Source: Acidimicrobiia bacterium | GTDB lineage: Bacteria > Actinomycetota > Acidimicrobiia > IMCC26256 > JAENVU01 | Length of the DNA: 38,617 nucleotides | NCBI GenBank assembly: GCA_017882945.1 | Contig: JADGON010000057.1 | Coordinates: forward strand, 1-38,617 | Reading direction: 5' to 3' | Shown: piece by piece, positions 7,964-17,401 of the stretch | How positions within the stretch are numbered: position 1 is the stretch's first letter | Layout: each line of letters begins with the position of its first letter | The notes under the pieces: model-generated | The model's input: only the letters and a program-made list of their open reading frames with translations | Told to the model about the DNA's origin: nothing | Databases searched by the model: none | Translations under genes and position numbers: made by a program

Positions 7964-9207
7964 TGCCGCTGACCGTCACCGACGCGGTGCTCGACGGCGC
8001 GCCGGTCGGTGTACGTGCCGTCGACGGAGTGATCGGTGCGATCGGCCCGGATGTCCGCCCCGAGCCCGGCGACGCAACGCTCGACGCGAACGGTTTGGCG
8101 CTCACTCCCCCGCTCGTCAACGGTCACACGCACGCCGCGATGACCCTGTTCCGGGGCTGGGGCGACGACCTCCCGCTCATGCAGTGGCTCGAGCAGCGCA
8201 TCTGGCCCGCCGAGGCGCGGCTGAGCGGCGACGACGTCTACTGGGGCACGCGGCTCGCGTGCCTCGAGATGATCCGGTCCGGCACGGTGCGCTTCTGGGA
8301 CATGTACTGGCATCAGCTCGACGTCGCGCGCGCGGTGCTCGACAGTGGCGTCCGCGCCGTCGTAGGTCAACCGATCCTCGAGTTCGAAGGCGCCCCCGAC
8401 GGGGCACGGCCCGAGGACGCGGCCGAAGGTATCGCCAAGCTGGGTGAGCTCGGAGCTCGAGTGCACGGGGCGCTCACCCCGCACGCGCACTACAGCGTGA
8501 CGGAATCCTCGCTGCAGCTCATCGCCGAGATCTCGCGCACCCAGCAGGTACCGGTGCACACCCACCTCTCGGAGACCGGGCAGGAGGTGCAGGACTGCAT
8601 CGACGCCCATGGATGCCGGCCGGCGCACTACCTCGATCGGCTCGGCCTGTTGAACGAACGCTCGGTGCTCGCACACGGCGTGTGGCTCGACGACGAAGAG
8701 CTCGAGCTCATCGCCGAGCGCGGCGCGACCATCGTGACGAACCCGGTGTCGAACATGAAGCTCGCAGTCGGGGGCGCGTTCCGCTATCCACGCGCTCGAA
8801 CCGCGGGTGTCGCGGTCGGTCTCGGCACCGACGGCGCGGGCTCGAACAACGCGCTCGACCTGCTCGCGGACATGAAGGTGTTCGCGTTGCTCCAGAAGCA
8901 CACCGCGGTGGACCCGTCGACGGTGCCGGCGGCGGAAGCCTGGGCGATCGCGACCGGCGAGCACGCACCCGTTCTCGGCGGCAGGCCACTCGGAGTCGGC
9001 GAGCCGGCAGACTTCCTGTTGGTCGAGACCTCGGGCGTCGAGATGACGTGCGGGCCACTGCTCGAGTCCCTCGTGTATGCGACCAGCAGCGCCTCGGTCG
9101 ACACCGTCGTCGTCGACGGACGAGTGCTGATGCGCCACCGCCAGATCGAGGGCGAAGCCGAGGTCCGCGCCCGCGCGCTCGAGGCATCCCGACGCGTCTG
9201 CGCCTGA
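7963..9207 (+). CDS. mtaD: 5'-methylthioadenosine/S-adenosylhomocysteine deaminase (amidohydrolase superfamily)
   Basis: ORF 7462..9207 trimmed to ATG 7963, which overlaps the upstream stop as TGATG. It has the motifs LVNGHTHAAMTLFRGWGDDLPLMQWL, HTHLSET and GLGTDGAGSNNALD, characteristic of the MtaD/TM0936 group. Confidence 0.8.
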   Translation: MPLTVTDAVLDGAPVGVRAVDGVIGAIGPDVRPEPGDATLDANGLALTPPLVNGHTHAAMTLFRGWGDDLPLMQWLEQRIWPAEARLSGDDVYWGTRLACLEMIRSGTVRFWDMYWHQLDVARAVLDSGVRAVVGQPILEFEGAPDGARPEDAAEGIAKLGELGARVHGALTPHAHYSVTESSLQLIAEISRTQQVPVHTHLSETGQEVQDCIDAHGCRPAHYLDRLGLLNERSVLAHGVWLDDEELELIAERGATIVTNPVSNMKLAVGGAFRYPRARTAGVAVGLGTDGAGSNNALDLLADMKVFALLQKHTAVDPSTVPAAEAWAIATGEHAPVLGGRPLGVGEPADFLLVETSGVEMTCGPLLESLVYATSSASVDTVVVDGRVLMRHRQIEGEAEVRARALEASRRVCA

Positions 9208-9233
9208 GCCTCATCGGCGGTAGGTTCTCGGCC

Positions 9234-9917
9234 GTGGGGGACGAGATCGACTACGGGAGTGCCTACTCGGCGCTCCGCGGCCGGGTGATCGAGCTCGTCG
9301 TGCAGGCGACGGATGATCAGCTCGAGACGTTGACCCCCGCGACACCTGACTGGCGCACGCGAGATGTGCTGGCGCACCTGACGGGCGTCACCGCCGACAT
9401 CTTGACCGGGAACCTGGAGGGTGTGGGCACTGATCCGTGGACGCAGGTGCAGGTAGAGGCGCGCCGCGACCGCACCGTCTCCGATCTGATCGCCGAGTGG
9501 CAGGAGAACGGTCCCGTCATCGACCCGATGATCCATTCGTTCGGCGCCGTCGCCGGACAGTTCCTGACCGACTCCATCACTCACGAGCAGGACATCCGCG
9601 GCGCGCTCGACGCGCCGGGCGCGCGCGAATGCGACGCGATCGGCATCAGCTTCAGTTGGATCGGCCACATCGTCGGCGACATGCGCCAACAGAGTGGTGC
9701 AGGAGCATTGGTGGTCAACACCGAGTCCGGCACCCACGTCTTCGGTGATGGAGATCCGGGCGGGACTTGCACCACGAGCCGCTTCGACTTCATCCGGGCG
9801 ACGACGGGCCGCCGCAGCGTCGATCAGATCGAGGCGTGGAGCTGGGACGGCGACCCCCGCATCGACCTCCTCGTCCTCCCGATCTTCACCCCCCGCCCCG
9901 ACCCCCTCCTCGAGTAA
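9234..9917 (+). CDS. DinB-fold, mycothiol-dependent maleylpyruvate-isomerase-like (MDMPI N-terminal domain) protein
   Basis: ORF 8613..9917 trimmed to GTG 9234 (GGTAGG upstream). The sequence is VGDEIDYGSAYSALRGRVIELV...WRTRDVLAHLTG...ITHEQDIRGAL..., ending in TTGRRS, as in the TIGR03083-type family. Confidence 0.7.
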   Translation: MGDEIDYGSAYSALRGRVIELVVQATDDQLETLTPATPDWRTRDVLAHLTGVTADILTGNLEGVGTDPWTQVQVEARRDRTVSDLIAEWQENGPVIDPMIHSFGAVAGQFLTDSITHEQDIRGALDAPGARECDAIGISFSWIGHIVGDMRQQSGAGALVVNTESGTHVFGDGDPGGTCTTSRFDFIRATTGRRSVDQIEAWSWDGDPRIDLLVLPIFTPRPDPLLE

Positions 9918-9927
9918 CCCTCGTGGG

Positions 9928-10200
9928 TCAGGTGGGGTCGGGCTCGACTGCCTCTTCGGCTTCGTAGGTCAATCCAGCGTCGAGCAAAGCCTTCGCCTCG
10001 TCGAGGTCGTCGTCGAAGACCACGACACGGAACCCGTCGAGCAGGGAGATGTACGGCATCCAGCCGCCGGCGTCGCCGTACTTGCCGGACGCCTGGATCC
10101 CGTTGGCCTCGAGCAACGCGATCGCCGCGTCGGCCTCCATGCGGGACCCGAAGTTCGCGGCCTCGACGATCTTCCCGCCGGGTCGGGGTTCGCGCGCCAT
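9928..10200 (-). CDS. DUF2007-like small protein (putative signal-transducing, PII-like fold)
   Basis: 90-aa ORF with GC3-rich codons and CTGGAGC upstream. The sequence is ...RMEADAAIALLEANGIQASGKY...FRVVVFDDDLDEAKALL. Confidence 0.6.
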   Translation of the reverse strand: MAREPRPGGKIVEAANFGSRMEADAAIALLEANGIQASGKYGDAGGWMPYISLLDGFRVVVFDDDLDEAKALLDAGLTYEAEEAVEPDPT

Positions 10201-10264
10201 TGCTCCAGGTTAGAACCGGATCTCGAGCGGGATCACCCGGCCTCACAGGTAGGTTGCACGCGGC

Positions 10265-11524
10265 GTGAACCGCTCGCTCGCTCCCTTCCGCCACCGCATG
10301 TTCGCGATCCTGTGGACCGGCGCCTTCGTGTCGAACGTCGGCACGTGGATGGAGACGGTCGGGGTCGGCATCCTGGTGACCGAAGCGACCGGCGAGGCGC
10401 TATGGACCGGACTCGTCGCGGCGGCCGGCTTCGTTCCCAGCGCGGTGCTCGGGCCCGTCGGCGGCGCGCTCGCCGACCGGCTGCCGCGACGCAGGCTCCT
10501 GCTGATCACGACCACGATCCAGACCATCCTCGCCGGCACCCTCACCCTGCTCGCGGCCAACGGGAACCCGGGCCCGGGAATCGTGACGCTCGTCGTGCTC
10601 GGCGCCGGCTGCACCCAGGCGATCGGCTTCCCGGCATACCAGTCGGTGCTCCCCGACCTCGTTCCGAGGGAGGATCTCGTCGGTGCCGTCGCGCTCTCCT
10701 CCGCGCAGTGGAACCTCGGCCGCGTCGTGGGACCGGCGCTGGCCGGGATCGTGATCAGCATCGGCGGGTACGCGTGGGCGTTCGCGATCAACACCCTGAG
10801 CTTCTTCGCCGTGATCCTCGCGGTGTCCCAGCTGCGGTTGCCGCCGCCGGTCGAGCGGACTGCGCAATCCGTGCTCTCGTCGATCAAGCAGGGGATCGCC
10901 TACACGCGTCGAGACCCCGGCCTGCGAGTGGTCGTCGCGTACATGGCGGTCAACACCCTGCTCGCGGCGCCATTCATCGCGCTGATCGCGGCGATGTCGC
11001 TGAAGGTGCTCGATGCCGGCGCGGGTGGAACCGCGGTGCTCGTCACCGCCCAGGGCCTCGGTGCGGTGACGATGGCGCTGACCCTGGCCGCGCTCGCGGC
11101 GCGGTTCGGCCCCGGACGCGTGCTGCTCACAGTGCTATGGGGGCTCCCGCCGGCGCTCGTGATCTATGCGCTGATGCCCGTGCTCGCGCTCTCGGCGATC
11201 GCGATCTTCTTCGTCGGCCTTCTCTACCTGGGTGCGCTCTCGAGCTTCACGAGCATCGCCCAGCTCCGGGCACCGGCTGCGGTGCGCGGGCGGGTGCTCA
11301 GCGTCCTCCAGGTCCTCCTCGGCTCGCTCTACCCGCTGGGCGCCGTGCTGCAGGGCGCCATCGCGGACGAGATCGGGCTCCGCGCGACGACTGCCGGGGC
11401 CGCAGTGATCATGCTCATCCTGCTGCTCGGCGCCCGCGTCGTCTGGCCCCGGTTCACGGCGGCGCTCGACGCGCCCGTCGCGGAGCTGCACGGCGACGCA
11501 GCCGGCTCGATCGAGACGCCGTAA
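10265..11524 (+). CDS. MFS transporter (EntS/MFS_3-like)
   Basis: GTG start. The N-terminus FRHRMFAILWTGAFVSNVGTWMETVGVGILV is typical of the EntS/MFS_3 family, with about 12 hydrophobic spans. Confidence 0.85.
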   Translation: MNRSLAPFRHRMFAILWTGAFVSNVGTWMETVGVGILVTEATGEALWTGLVAAAGFVPSAVLGPVGGALADRLPRRRLLLITTTIQTILAGTLTLLAANGNPGPGIVTLVVLGAGCTQAIGFPAYQSVLPDLVPREDLVGAVALSSAQWNLGRVVGPALAGIVISIGGYAWAFAINTLSFFAVILAVSQLRLPPPVERTAQSVLSSIKQGIAYTRRDPGLRVVVAYMAVNTLLAAPFIALIAAMSLKVLDAGAGGTAVLVTAQGLGAVTMALTLAALAARFGPGRVLLTVLWGLPPALVIYALMPVLALSAIAIFFVGLLYLGALSSFTSIAQLRAPAAVRGRVLSVLQVLLGSLYPLGAVLQGAIADEIGLRATTAGAAVIMLILLLGARVVWPRFTAALDAPVAELHGDAAGSIETP

Positions 11525-11573
11525 CCCAGCGCGCTACGGTCCCGCGAGCAGACGCTCTGGAGGGGGATCACCG

Positions 11574-12341
11574 ATGGCGGTCGTGGAGTCCGAAAAGCGC
11601 GATCGGGTGGCGATCGTCACCCTGAATCGTCCCGAGGCACGCAACGCGGTCAACGGCGACCTCGCGCACGCAATGGAAGCGACCCTCGACGAGCTCGAGG
11701 AGGACGACGCGATCACCGTGTTGATCATCACCGGGGCGGGATCGACATTCTGTGCCGGCGCTGATCTCAAGAAGGTGGCGAAGGGCAAGGGTGGCGAGCT
11801 CGCGACGAAGAAGGGTGGCTTCGGCGGCATCGTGACCCGGAGCTTCTCGAAGCCACTCATCGCCGCGGTGAACGGACCGGCGCTCGCGGGCGGCTTCGAG
11901 ATCGTCCTGTCGTGCGATCTCGTCGTCGCCGCAGAGCACGCGCGATTCGGACTGCCCGAGGTGAAGCGGGGACTGTTCGCTGCGGCAGGTGGGCTCATCC
12001 GGCTGCCCAAGCGCGTGCCGCTCGCGCTGGCGACCGAGCTTGCGATCACCGGCGACCCCATCGACGCGGACCGCGCGCTCCAGCTCGGGCTCGTGAACCG
12101 GGTGGTGCCCGGCGAGGACGTCATTGACGCCGCGCTGGCCCTCGCCGCGCGCATCTCCGTCAACGGACCGCTCGCCGTGCGCAACACCCTCAAGATGGTG
12201 CGCGAGGCGACGGATCTCACCGAGGAACAGGCGTGGCCCCGCAACTACGAGCTGGCGCTCGAAGTCTTCGCGTCGAAGGACTCGATCGAGGGTGCCACGG
12301 CGTTCGCCGAGAAGCGCGAGCCCCACTGGACCGGCACCTGA
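11574..12341 (+). CDS. Enoyl-CoA hydratase/isomerase (crotonase) family protein
   Basis: RVAIVTLNRPEARNAVNG...ITGAGSTFCAGADLK...AAVNGPALAGGFEIVLSCDLVVAAEHARFGLPEVKRGL. GGAGGGGG lies upstream. Confidence 0.9.
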   Translation: MAVVESEKRDRVAIVTLNRPEARNAVNGDLAHAMEATLDELEEDDAITVLIITGAGSTFCAGADLKKVAKGKGGELATKKGGFGGIVTRSFSKPLIAAVNGPALAGGFEIVLSCDLVVAAEHARFGLPEVKRGLFAAAGGLIRLPKRVPLALATELAITGDPIDADRALQLGLVNRVVPGEDVIDAALALAARISVNGPLAVRNTLKMVREATDLTEEQAWPRNYELALEVFASKDSIEGATAFAEKREPHWTGT

Positions 12342-12369
12342 ACCGATTCGCGACGCGGGCCCGTCCGGG

Positions 12370-13284
12370 TCAGACGCCCGCGAGGAGCTGGTCGTGCGCG
12401 TCGGTGATCTCGCTCACGACGATCCGTGCCGTCACCGCGGAGAGCAGCGCGAGCACGACGGTTGCTCCGGTCGCGATTGCGAGCGCAACCGTGTTGACCC
12501 CCACGCTGAAGAACACGGCGACTCCACCGACCATGCATCCGATCCAGAGCGTCCACCACCGCCGCACCACGTGGCGGGCCGGATGGTTCTCGGGGAGGAG
12601 ATCGCAGGTCGACTGGTACGGCCACCAGAAGTTGAGCACCGGGATCATGAACGACGCGGTAGCGAGTCCGGGGTTCCGCCGGGCGCGGAGCCCCGTCGAC
12701 GAGGCGAGCGAAGCGGACCGGTAGAACCAGAGCAGGAACAACACTGCGCCGACGACCACCGCGACGAGCGCGAGCTGCACGAAGATCGCGGCGCCGGAGT
12801 TCCCGTTCTGGTTGACGGAGCTGCCCTGTTTGCTGAGCTCGTCCCAGTGATCCGAGACCCACTGCAACCAGAACGCGCCGGAGATCGCGAACACCCCGAG
12901 CGCGGGACCGGCCCAGGCGAGCCCGAGCCGGGCCCAGCGCGACGCGGTGCGCTCCTCGCTGAGCCGGAGCGCGGGCGGCGCACCGGACATGCCACTGACG
13001 TGGCCCGTCCACTGCCTGCCGTCCCAGTACCGCAGGCCGGCGACGCCCCAAGGGTCGGGATGCCATCCCGGCGGCACTCCGGGCGGAGGACTCGCCTGCG
13101 GCGCAGCAGGCGGGGGCGGCGCGGATCCCGGGCTCGACGGAGCGGACGCGCCAGGGTCGGGCGGGGTGTCGAGTCCGCCGGGCCGGCGCGTCGTGCGGGC
13201 CCAGGCGACGCCGTCGAAGTACCGCTCCTCCGGGGTGTCCCACGGATCCGGGTACCACCCGGGAGCTCGTGCCTGGCCGCTCAC
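12370..13284 (-). CDS. DUF2510 (GWYPDP repeats) + DUF4328-like membrane protein
   Basis: GTG start with GAGGAGC upstream. It has two GW(Y/H)PDPW...(Y/F)(F/W)DG motifs separated by a Pro-rich linker, then 4 hydrophobic spans with FWWPYQ. Confidence 0.8.
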   Translation of the reverse strand: MSGQARAPGWYPDPWDTPEERYFDGVAWARTTRRPGGLDTPPDPGASAPSSPGSAPPPPAAPQASPPPGVPPGWHPDPWGVAGLRYWDGRQWTGHVSGMSGAPPALRLSEERTASRWARLGLAWAGPALGVFAISGAFWLQWVSDHWDELSKQGSSVNQNGNSGAAIFVQLALVAVVVGAVLFLLWFYRSASLASSTGLRARRNPGLATASFMIPVLNFWWPYQSTCDLLPENHPARHVVRRWWTLWIGCMVGGVAVFFSVGVNTVALAIATGATVVLALLSAVTARIVVSEITDAHDQLLAGV

Positions 13285-13417
13285 GGTCGTGCTCCTCGTC
13301 GCTCCTGCACCGTCATCGAAGTGCCATGCTCGCGCAGATGGGCGCCCTTTCCCTCAGCAGGCCGGCGCGACGGGCCGATTCCGCCCGCCTGCACGTGATG
13401 ATCGGGTGGGTGTCGCC

Positions 13418-14425
13418 GTGAAGATCCACGATCTCGCGACCCCTGCGCTCGTGGTTGACGCCGCCGGGCTCGCGCACAATCTGGCCACGATGGCGGCGGC
13501 CCTCCCGGGTGCGCGCTGCCGTCCCCACGTCAAAGCGCACAAGACGACGGCGCTCGCCCGCCGGCAGGCGGCGGTCGGGCACCACGCGTTCTGCGCCGCC
13601 ACCCCGCGGGAGATCATCGGGATGGCGGCTGCCGGCCTGGGTGACGATCTCCTCCTCGCGAACGAGACCGTGAACGCGGAGCGGTTGCGCGCGATGGCGA
13701 ACACCGGCGCTCGGGTGACCGTCGCGGTGGACTCCGCGGAGACGGTCGAAGCGGCGGCGGCGAACGGGATCCGCGAGGTGGTCGTCGATGTCGACGTCGG
13801 GCTTCCGCGCTGCGGTTGCGCGCCCGAGGACGCCGGCCGCATCGCCGACCTCGCACGCTCCCGCGGGATGGCGGTGCGCGGCGTGATGGGGTACGAGGGT
13901 CACGTCGTCGGCAACCCCGACCGCGAGTGGCGCGCCACGCAGACCGAGCGTTGCATGGCGTTGCTGCTCGCCGCGCACGATGCCGTGGGCGGAGACGTGG
14001 TTTCCGGTGGCGGCACGGGCACATTCGACCTGAATACCTGGTGCACCGAGATCCAAGCCGGCTCGTACACCCTCATGGACACTGCGTACGCCAAGCTCGG
14101 CGTTCCCTTCCGCCAGGCGCTCTGGGTCGAGGCGACGGTCGTGTCGGTCTCGGCGAAGGGATGGTTCGTCGCCGACTGCGGGCTGAAGGCACTGGGCATG
14201 GATCACGGCGACCCCAGCGTCGACGCGGGCGAGGTGCTCTTCTGCTCCGACGAGCACGTCACCATCCGTCCCGGCGCGGAGTCCACCCCGCGGGTCGGCG
14301 ATCGTGTCCGCGTCTGGCCGGCACACGTGGACCCGACGATCGCGCTCCATGAGCGGATGCACATCGCCGACGGCGAGGACGTCGTCGAGACCTGGGAAGT
14401 CGACCTGCGGGGCTGGTCGGCCTGA
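13418..14425 (+). CDS. PLP-dependent alanine-racemase-fold enzyme, DSD1 / D-serine dehydratase / D-threonine aldolase-like
   Basis: ORF 12947..14425 trimmed to GTG 13418 (alternative GTG 13406). The sequence is ATPALVVDAAGLAHNL...RPHVKAHKT (PLP lysine context)...GVMGYEGH...GGGTGTF...GSYTLMD...VWPAHVDPT. Confidence 0.75.
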   Translation: MKIHDLATPALVVDAAGLAHNLATMAAALPGARCRPHVKAHKTTALARRQAAVGHHAFCAATPREIIGMAAAGLGDDLLLANETVNAERLRAMANTGARVTVAVDSAETVEAAAANGIREVVVDVDVGLPRCGCAPEDAGRIADLARSRGMAVRGVMGYEGHVVGNPDREWRATQTERCMALLLAAHDAVGGDVVSGGGTGTFDLNTWCTEIQAGSYTLMDTAYAKLGVPFRQALWVEATVVSVSAKGWFVADCGLKALGMDHGDPSVDAGEVLFCSDEHVTIRPGAESTPRVGDRVRVWPAHVDPTIALHERMHIADGEDVVETWEVDLRGWSA

Positions 14426-14480
14426 TCCCGGGTCGCTCCGGCCTCCGCACTTCGTACCCGCTCCGGCCTACGCTCGGGCC

Positions 14481-15938
14481 ATGACCGACGACTTCGCCAC
14501 TCTCGACGCCACCGCCCAGGCCGAGCTGGTTCGCACCGGCCAGGTCTCGGCCCTCGAGCTCGTCGATGCGGCGATCAATCGCGTCGAGAAGCTCAACCCC
14601 GAGGTCAACGCGGTGATCCATCCGCGCTTCGAACAGGCGCGCCAGGCGGCAGCGGGTCCATTGCCCGACGGACCGTTCACCGGCGTGCCCACCCTCTTCA
14701 AGGACCTCGGCTGCGCGATCGAGGGTGAGCCCTACCACGAGGGAATGAAGTTCCTGAAGGACGCGGGCTACCGCTCGCCGCACACCGACAACCTGGCCAG
14801 GCAGTACTTCGATGCGGGCTTCGTCGTCGTGGGCCGCACCAACACCCCGGAGCTCGGCCTCGTGCCGACCGCCGAGCCGGTGGCCTACGGAGTGACGCAC
14901 AATCCTTGGGTGCGAGGCCACACGTCGGGCGGCTCCTCGGGCGGATCGGCGGCCGCGGTGGCGAGCGGCATGGTGCCGGTCGCGCACGCGAACGACGGCG
15001 GTGGCTCCATCCGCATCCCCGCATCGTGCTGCGGGCTCGTCGGGCTCAAGCCGACGCGAGGCCGCACGTCGACTGGCCCCGAGCTCAACGACATCTCGCA
15101 GTTCCTGATCACCGAGCTCTGCGTGAGCCGCACCGTGCGGGACACCGCCGGTGTGCTCGACGCAGTGCAGGGTCCGTTCCCTGGCGACGCGAGCCAGGCC
15201 CCGGCCCCGACACGCCCCTACCGCGACGAGGTCGGCGCCGATCCCGGGAAGCTCCGGATCGGCCTGCAGACCACCAACCCGATCGGCGACACCCCGGTGC
15301 ATCCGGACTGCGTCGCCGCCGCGGAAGGCGCGGCCAAGCTGCTCGAGTCGCTCGGCCACTCGGTCGAGGTCTCCGCGCCGAAGGGCTTCGACAACGACGA
15401 GCTCATCATGCAGTTCGGCGCGGTGTGGGCGGCCGGCTGCTCCTACCTGCTCGACGACTGGGGCAGGAAGGTCGGGCGCGCGGTCACCGAGAACGACGTC
15501 GAGATCCTCACCTGGGCCCTCGCCGAGATGGGCAAGTCCGTCACCGCCGCGCAGCTCGTCGGTGCAGTGACCGACGCCATGAAGGCGAACCGGAAGGCGG
15601 CGGTCTGGTGGGCCGACGAGCCCGAGGGAAGCGGCTTCGACCTCCTGCTCACACCCACGCTGGGCGAGCCGCCGGTTCCCCACGGCACGTTCGACTCCAC
15701 GGCCGAGGAGCCGCTGAGTGGCTTCTTCCGCTCGGCCGGGTTCGTACCGTTCACCGCGCAGTTCAACGTGAGCGGCCAGCCCGCGATCAACTTGCCGCTG
15801 CACTGGAACGACGATGGCCTGCCGATCGGCATCCAGCTCGTCGCCGCGTTCGGCCGTGAGGACCTGCTGCTGCGGGTCGCCGCACAGCTCGAGACCGCGC
15901 AGCCCTGGGTCGACCGCCACCCGCCCGTCTTCGCCTGA
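14481..15938 (+). CDS. Amidase-signature family amidase, paralogue 1
   Basis: ORF 14304..15938 trimmed to ATG 14481. It has LFKDL (catalytic Lys context), [14 protein letters not shown] and [23 protein letters not shown]. Confidence 0.9.
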   Translation: MTDDFATLDATAQAELVRTGQVSALELVDAAINRVEKLNPEVNAVIHPRFEQARQAAAGPLPDGPFTGVPTLFKDLGCAIEGEPYHEGMKFLKDAGYRSPHTDNLARQYFDAGFVVVGRTNTPELGLVPTAEPVAYGVTHNPWVRGHTSGGSSGGSAAAVASGMVPVAHANDGGGSIRIPASCCGLVGLKPTRGRTSTGPELNDISQFLITELCVSRTVRDTAGVLDAVQGPFPGDASQAPAPTRPYRDEVGADPGKLRIGLQTTNPIGDTPVHPDCVAAAEGAAKLLESLGHSVEVSAPKGFDNDELIMQFGAVWAAGCSYLLDDWGRKVGRAVTENDVEILTWALAEMGKSVTAAQLVGAVTDAMKANRKAAVWWADEPEGSGFDLLLTPTLGEPPVPHGTFDSTAEEPLSGFFRSAGFVPFTAQFNVSGQPAINLPLHWNDDGLPIGIQLVAAFGREDLLLRVAAQLETAQPWVDRHPPVFA

Positions 15939-15940
15939 TC

Positions 15941-17401
15941 ATGGGTGACGACCTGGCGCACCTCGACGCCACCGCGCAGGCCGCGCTCGTCCGGAGCGGT
16001 GATGCAACGCCGACCGAGCTCGTCAACGCGGCGATCGCGCGCGTCGAGGCGCTGCAGCCGAAGCTGAACGCGCTGACGACAACCCGATTCGACCGCGCGC
16101 TCGAAGAAGCGGCGCTCTCCGACCAGGGCAAGGGGCTCGCCGGCCAAGACGCACCGTTTCGCGGGGTGCCGTTCCTGGTGAAGGACCTCGCCATGCCGCT
16201 CGCGGGCGAGCCCGCGCACGAAGGGATGCGGGCGCTGAAGGAGTCCGGCTACACCGCACCGGTCACCAGCTATCTCGCTCGCCGGTGGCAGGCAGCCGGA
16301 TTCATCATCCTCGGTCGCACGAACACCCCCGAGCTCGGGATCATGCCGACGACCGAACCCGAGGCGTACGGACCGACACGAAACCCGTGGAACACCGATC
16401 GTTCGTCGGGTGGTTCGAGTGGCGGCTCCGCTGCGGCCGTCGCGAGCGGGATGGTCCCCGCCGCGCACGCGAGTGACGGTGGCGGCTCGATCCGCATCCC
16501 CGCCGCGTGCTGCGGCCTCGTCGGCCTGAAGACCTCACGTGGTCGCATCTCGGTCGGTCCCGGCAGCGGCGAGATCGCACGCCCGCTCAGCATCCAGTTC
16601 GCCTTGACCCGGACCGTGCGCGACGCCGCGGCGATGCTCGACGTGGCCGCCGGTCCCGAGGCCGGTGATCCGTTCGTCGCGCCCGCACCGTCACGGCCCT
16701 ACCGCGACGAGGTCGGCGCGGACCCGGGCTCGTTGCGCATCGGGCTCATGACGACGATGCCGGGGAGCGCAGAGAACGTGCACCCGGACGGTGTTGCCGC
16801 GGCCGAGACCGCGGCGCGCCTGCTCGAAGCCGCGGGCCACACGATCGAGATCGCGCACCCCGAAGCTTTCGACAATCCGGAGCGCCTGGACGCGTTCATC
16901 CCGATCTGGTCGGCGATGGCCGCGTCGAACCTCGCGATCTGGGGTCGTGCGCTCGGTCGCGAGCTGGGCCAGGACGACGTCGAGCCCCTCACGTGGCTGC
17001 TGGCGGAACACGGTCGAGGTGTGGGCGCGGTCGCGTACACCGATGCTCTGTTCGCGATGCAGTCGTTCTCGCGTCGCTTCATGCAGTGGTGGTTCGACGG
17101 GTGGGATCTGCTCCTCACCCCGTCGCTCGGCGAGCCACCACCCGAGCTGGGCGTGCTCAGCACCCCCGACGACCCCTTCGTCGGCTACGGACGCGGCGCG
17201 ACGTTCACGCCCTACACACCCGCATGCAACCAGAACGGGCAACCCGCGATCTCCCTGCCGATCGCCCAGGGCTCCGACGGCATGCCCGCGGGCGCACAGC
17301 TCGTCGCGGACTACGGCCGCGAAGACGTGCTGCTCCAGGTCGCCGCGCAGCTCGAAGCAGCCGCACCCTGGGCCAACCGGCGTCCCGGCGTCCATGCCTG
17401 A
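15941..17401 (+). CDS. Amidase-signature family amidase, paralogue 2 (tandem duplicate)
   Basis: It starts 2 nt after the paralogue 1 stop. The same motifs are present ([42 protein letters not shown]). It is collinear with paralogue 1 from N- to C-terminus (...QLVA.(F/Y)GRED(L/V)LL.VAAQLE.A.PW). Confidence 0.9.
   Translation: MGDDLAHLDATAQAALVRSGDATPTELVNAAIARVEALQPKLNALTTTRFDRALEEAALSDQGKGLAGQDAPFRGVPFLVKDLAMPLAGEPAHEGMRALKESGYTAPVTSYLARRWQAAGFIILGRTNTPELGIMPTTEPEAYGPTRNPWNTDRSSGGSSGGSAAAVASGMVPAAHASDGGGSIRIPAACCGLVGLKTSRGRISVGPGSGEIARPLSIQFALTRTVRDAAAMLDVAAGPEAGDPFVAPAPSRPYRDEVGADPGSLRIGLMTTMPGSAENVHPDGVAAAETAARLLEAAGHTIEIAHPEAFDNPERLDAFIPIWSAMAASNLAIWGRALGRELGQDDVEPLTWLLAEHGRGVGAVAYTDALFAMQSFSRRFMQWWFDGWDLLLTPSLGEPPPELGVLSTPDDPFVGYGRGATFTPYTPACNQNGQPAISLPIAQGSDGMPAGAQLVADYGREDVLLQVAAQLEAAAPWANRRPGVHA

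Noticed and set aside
12354-12382. CGCGGGC-N15-GCCCGCG hairpin between the enoyl-CoA hydratase and the DUF4328 gene, as a bidirectional terminator.
   Set aside because: The loop is long, there is no T/A tract, and the right arm lies inside the DUF4328 coding sequence. This is too weak to call as a feature.
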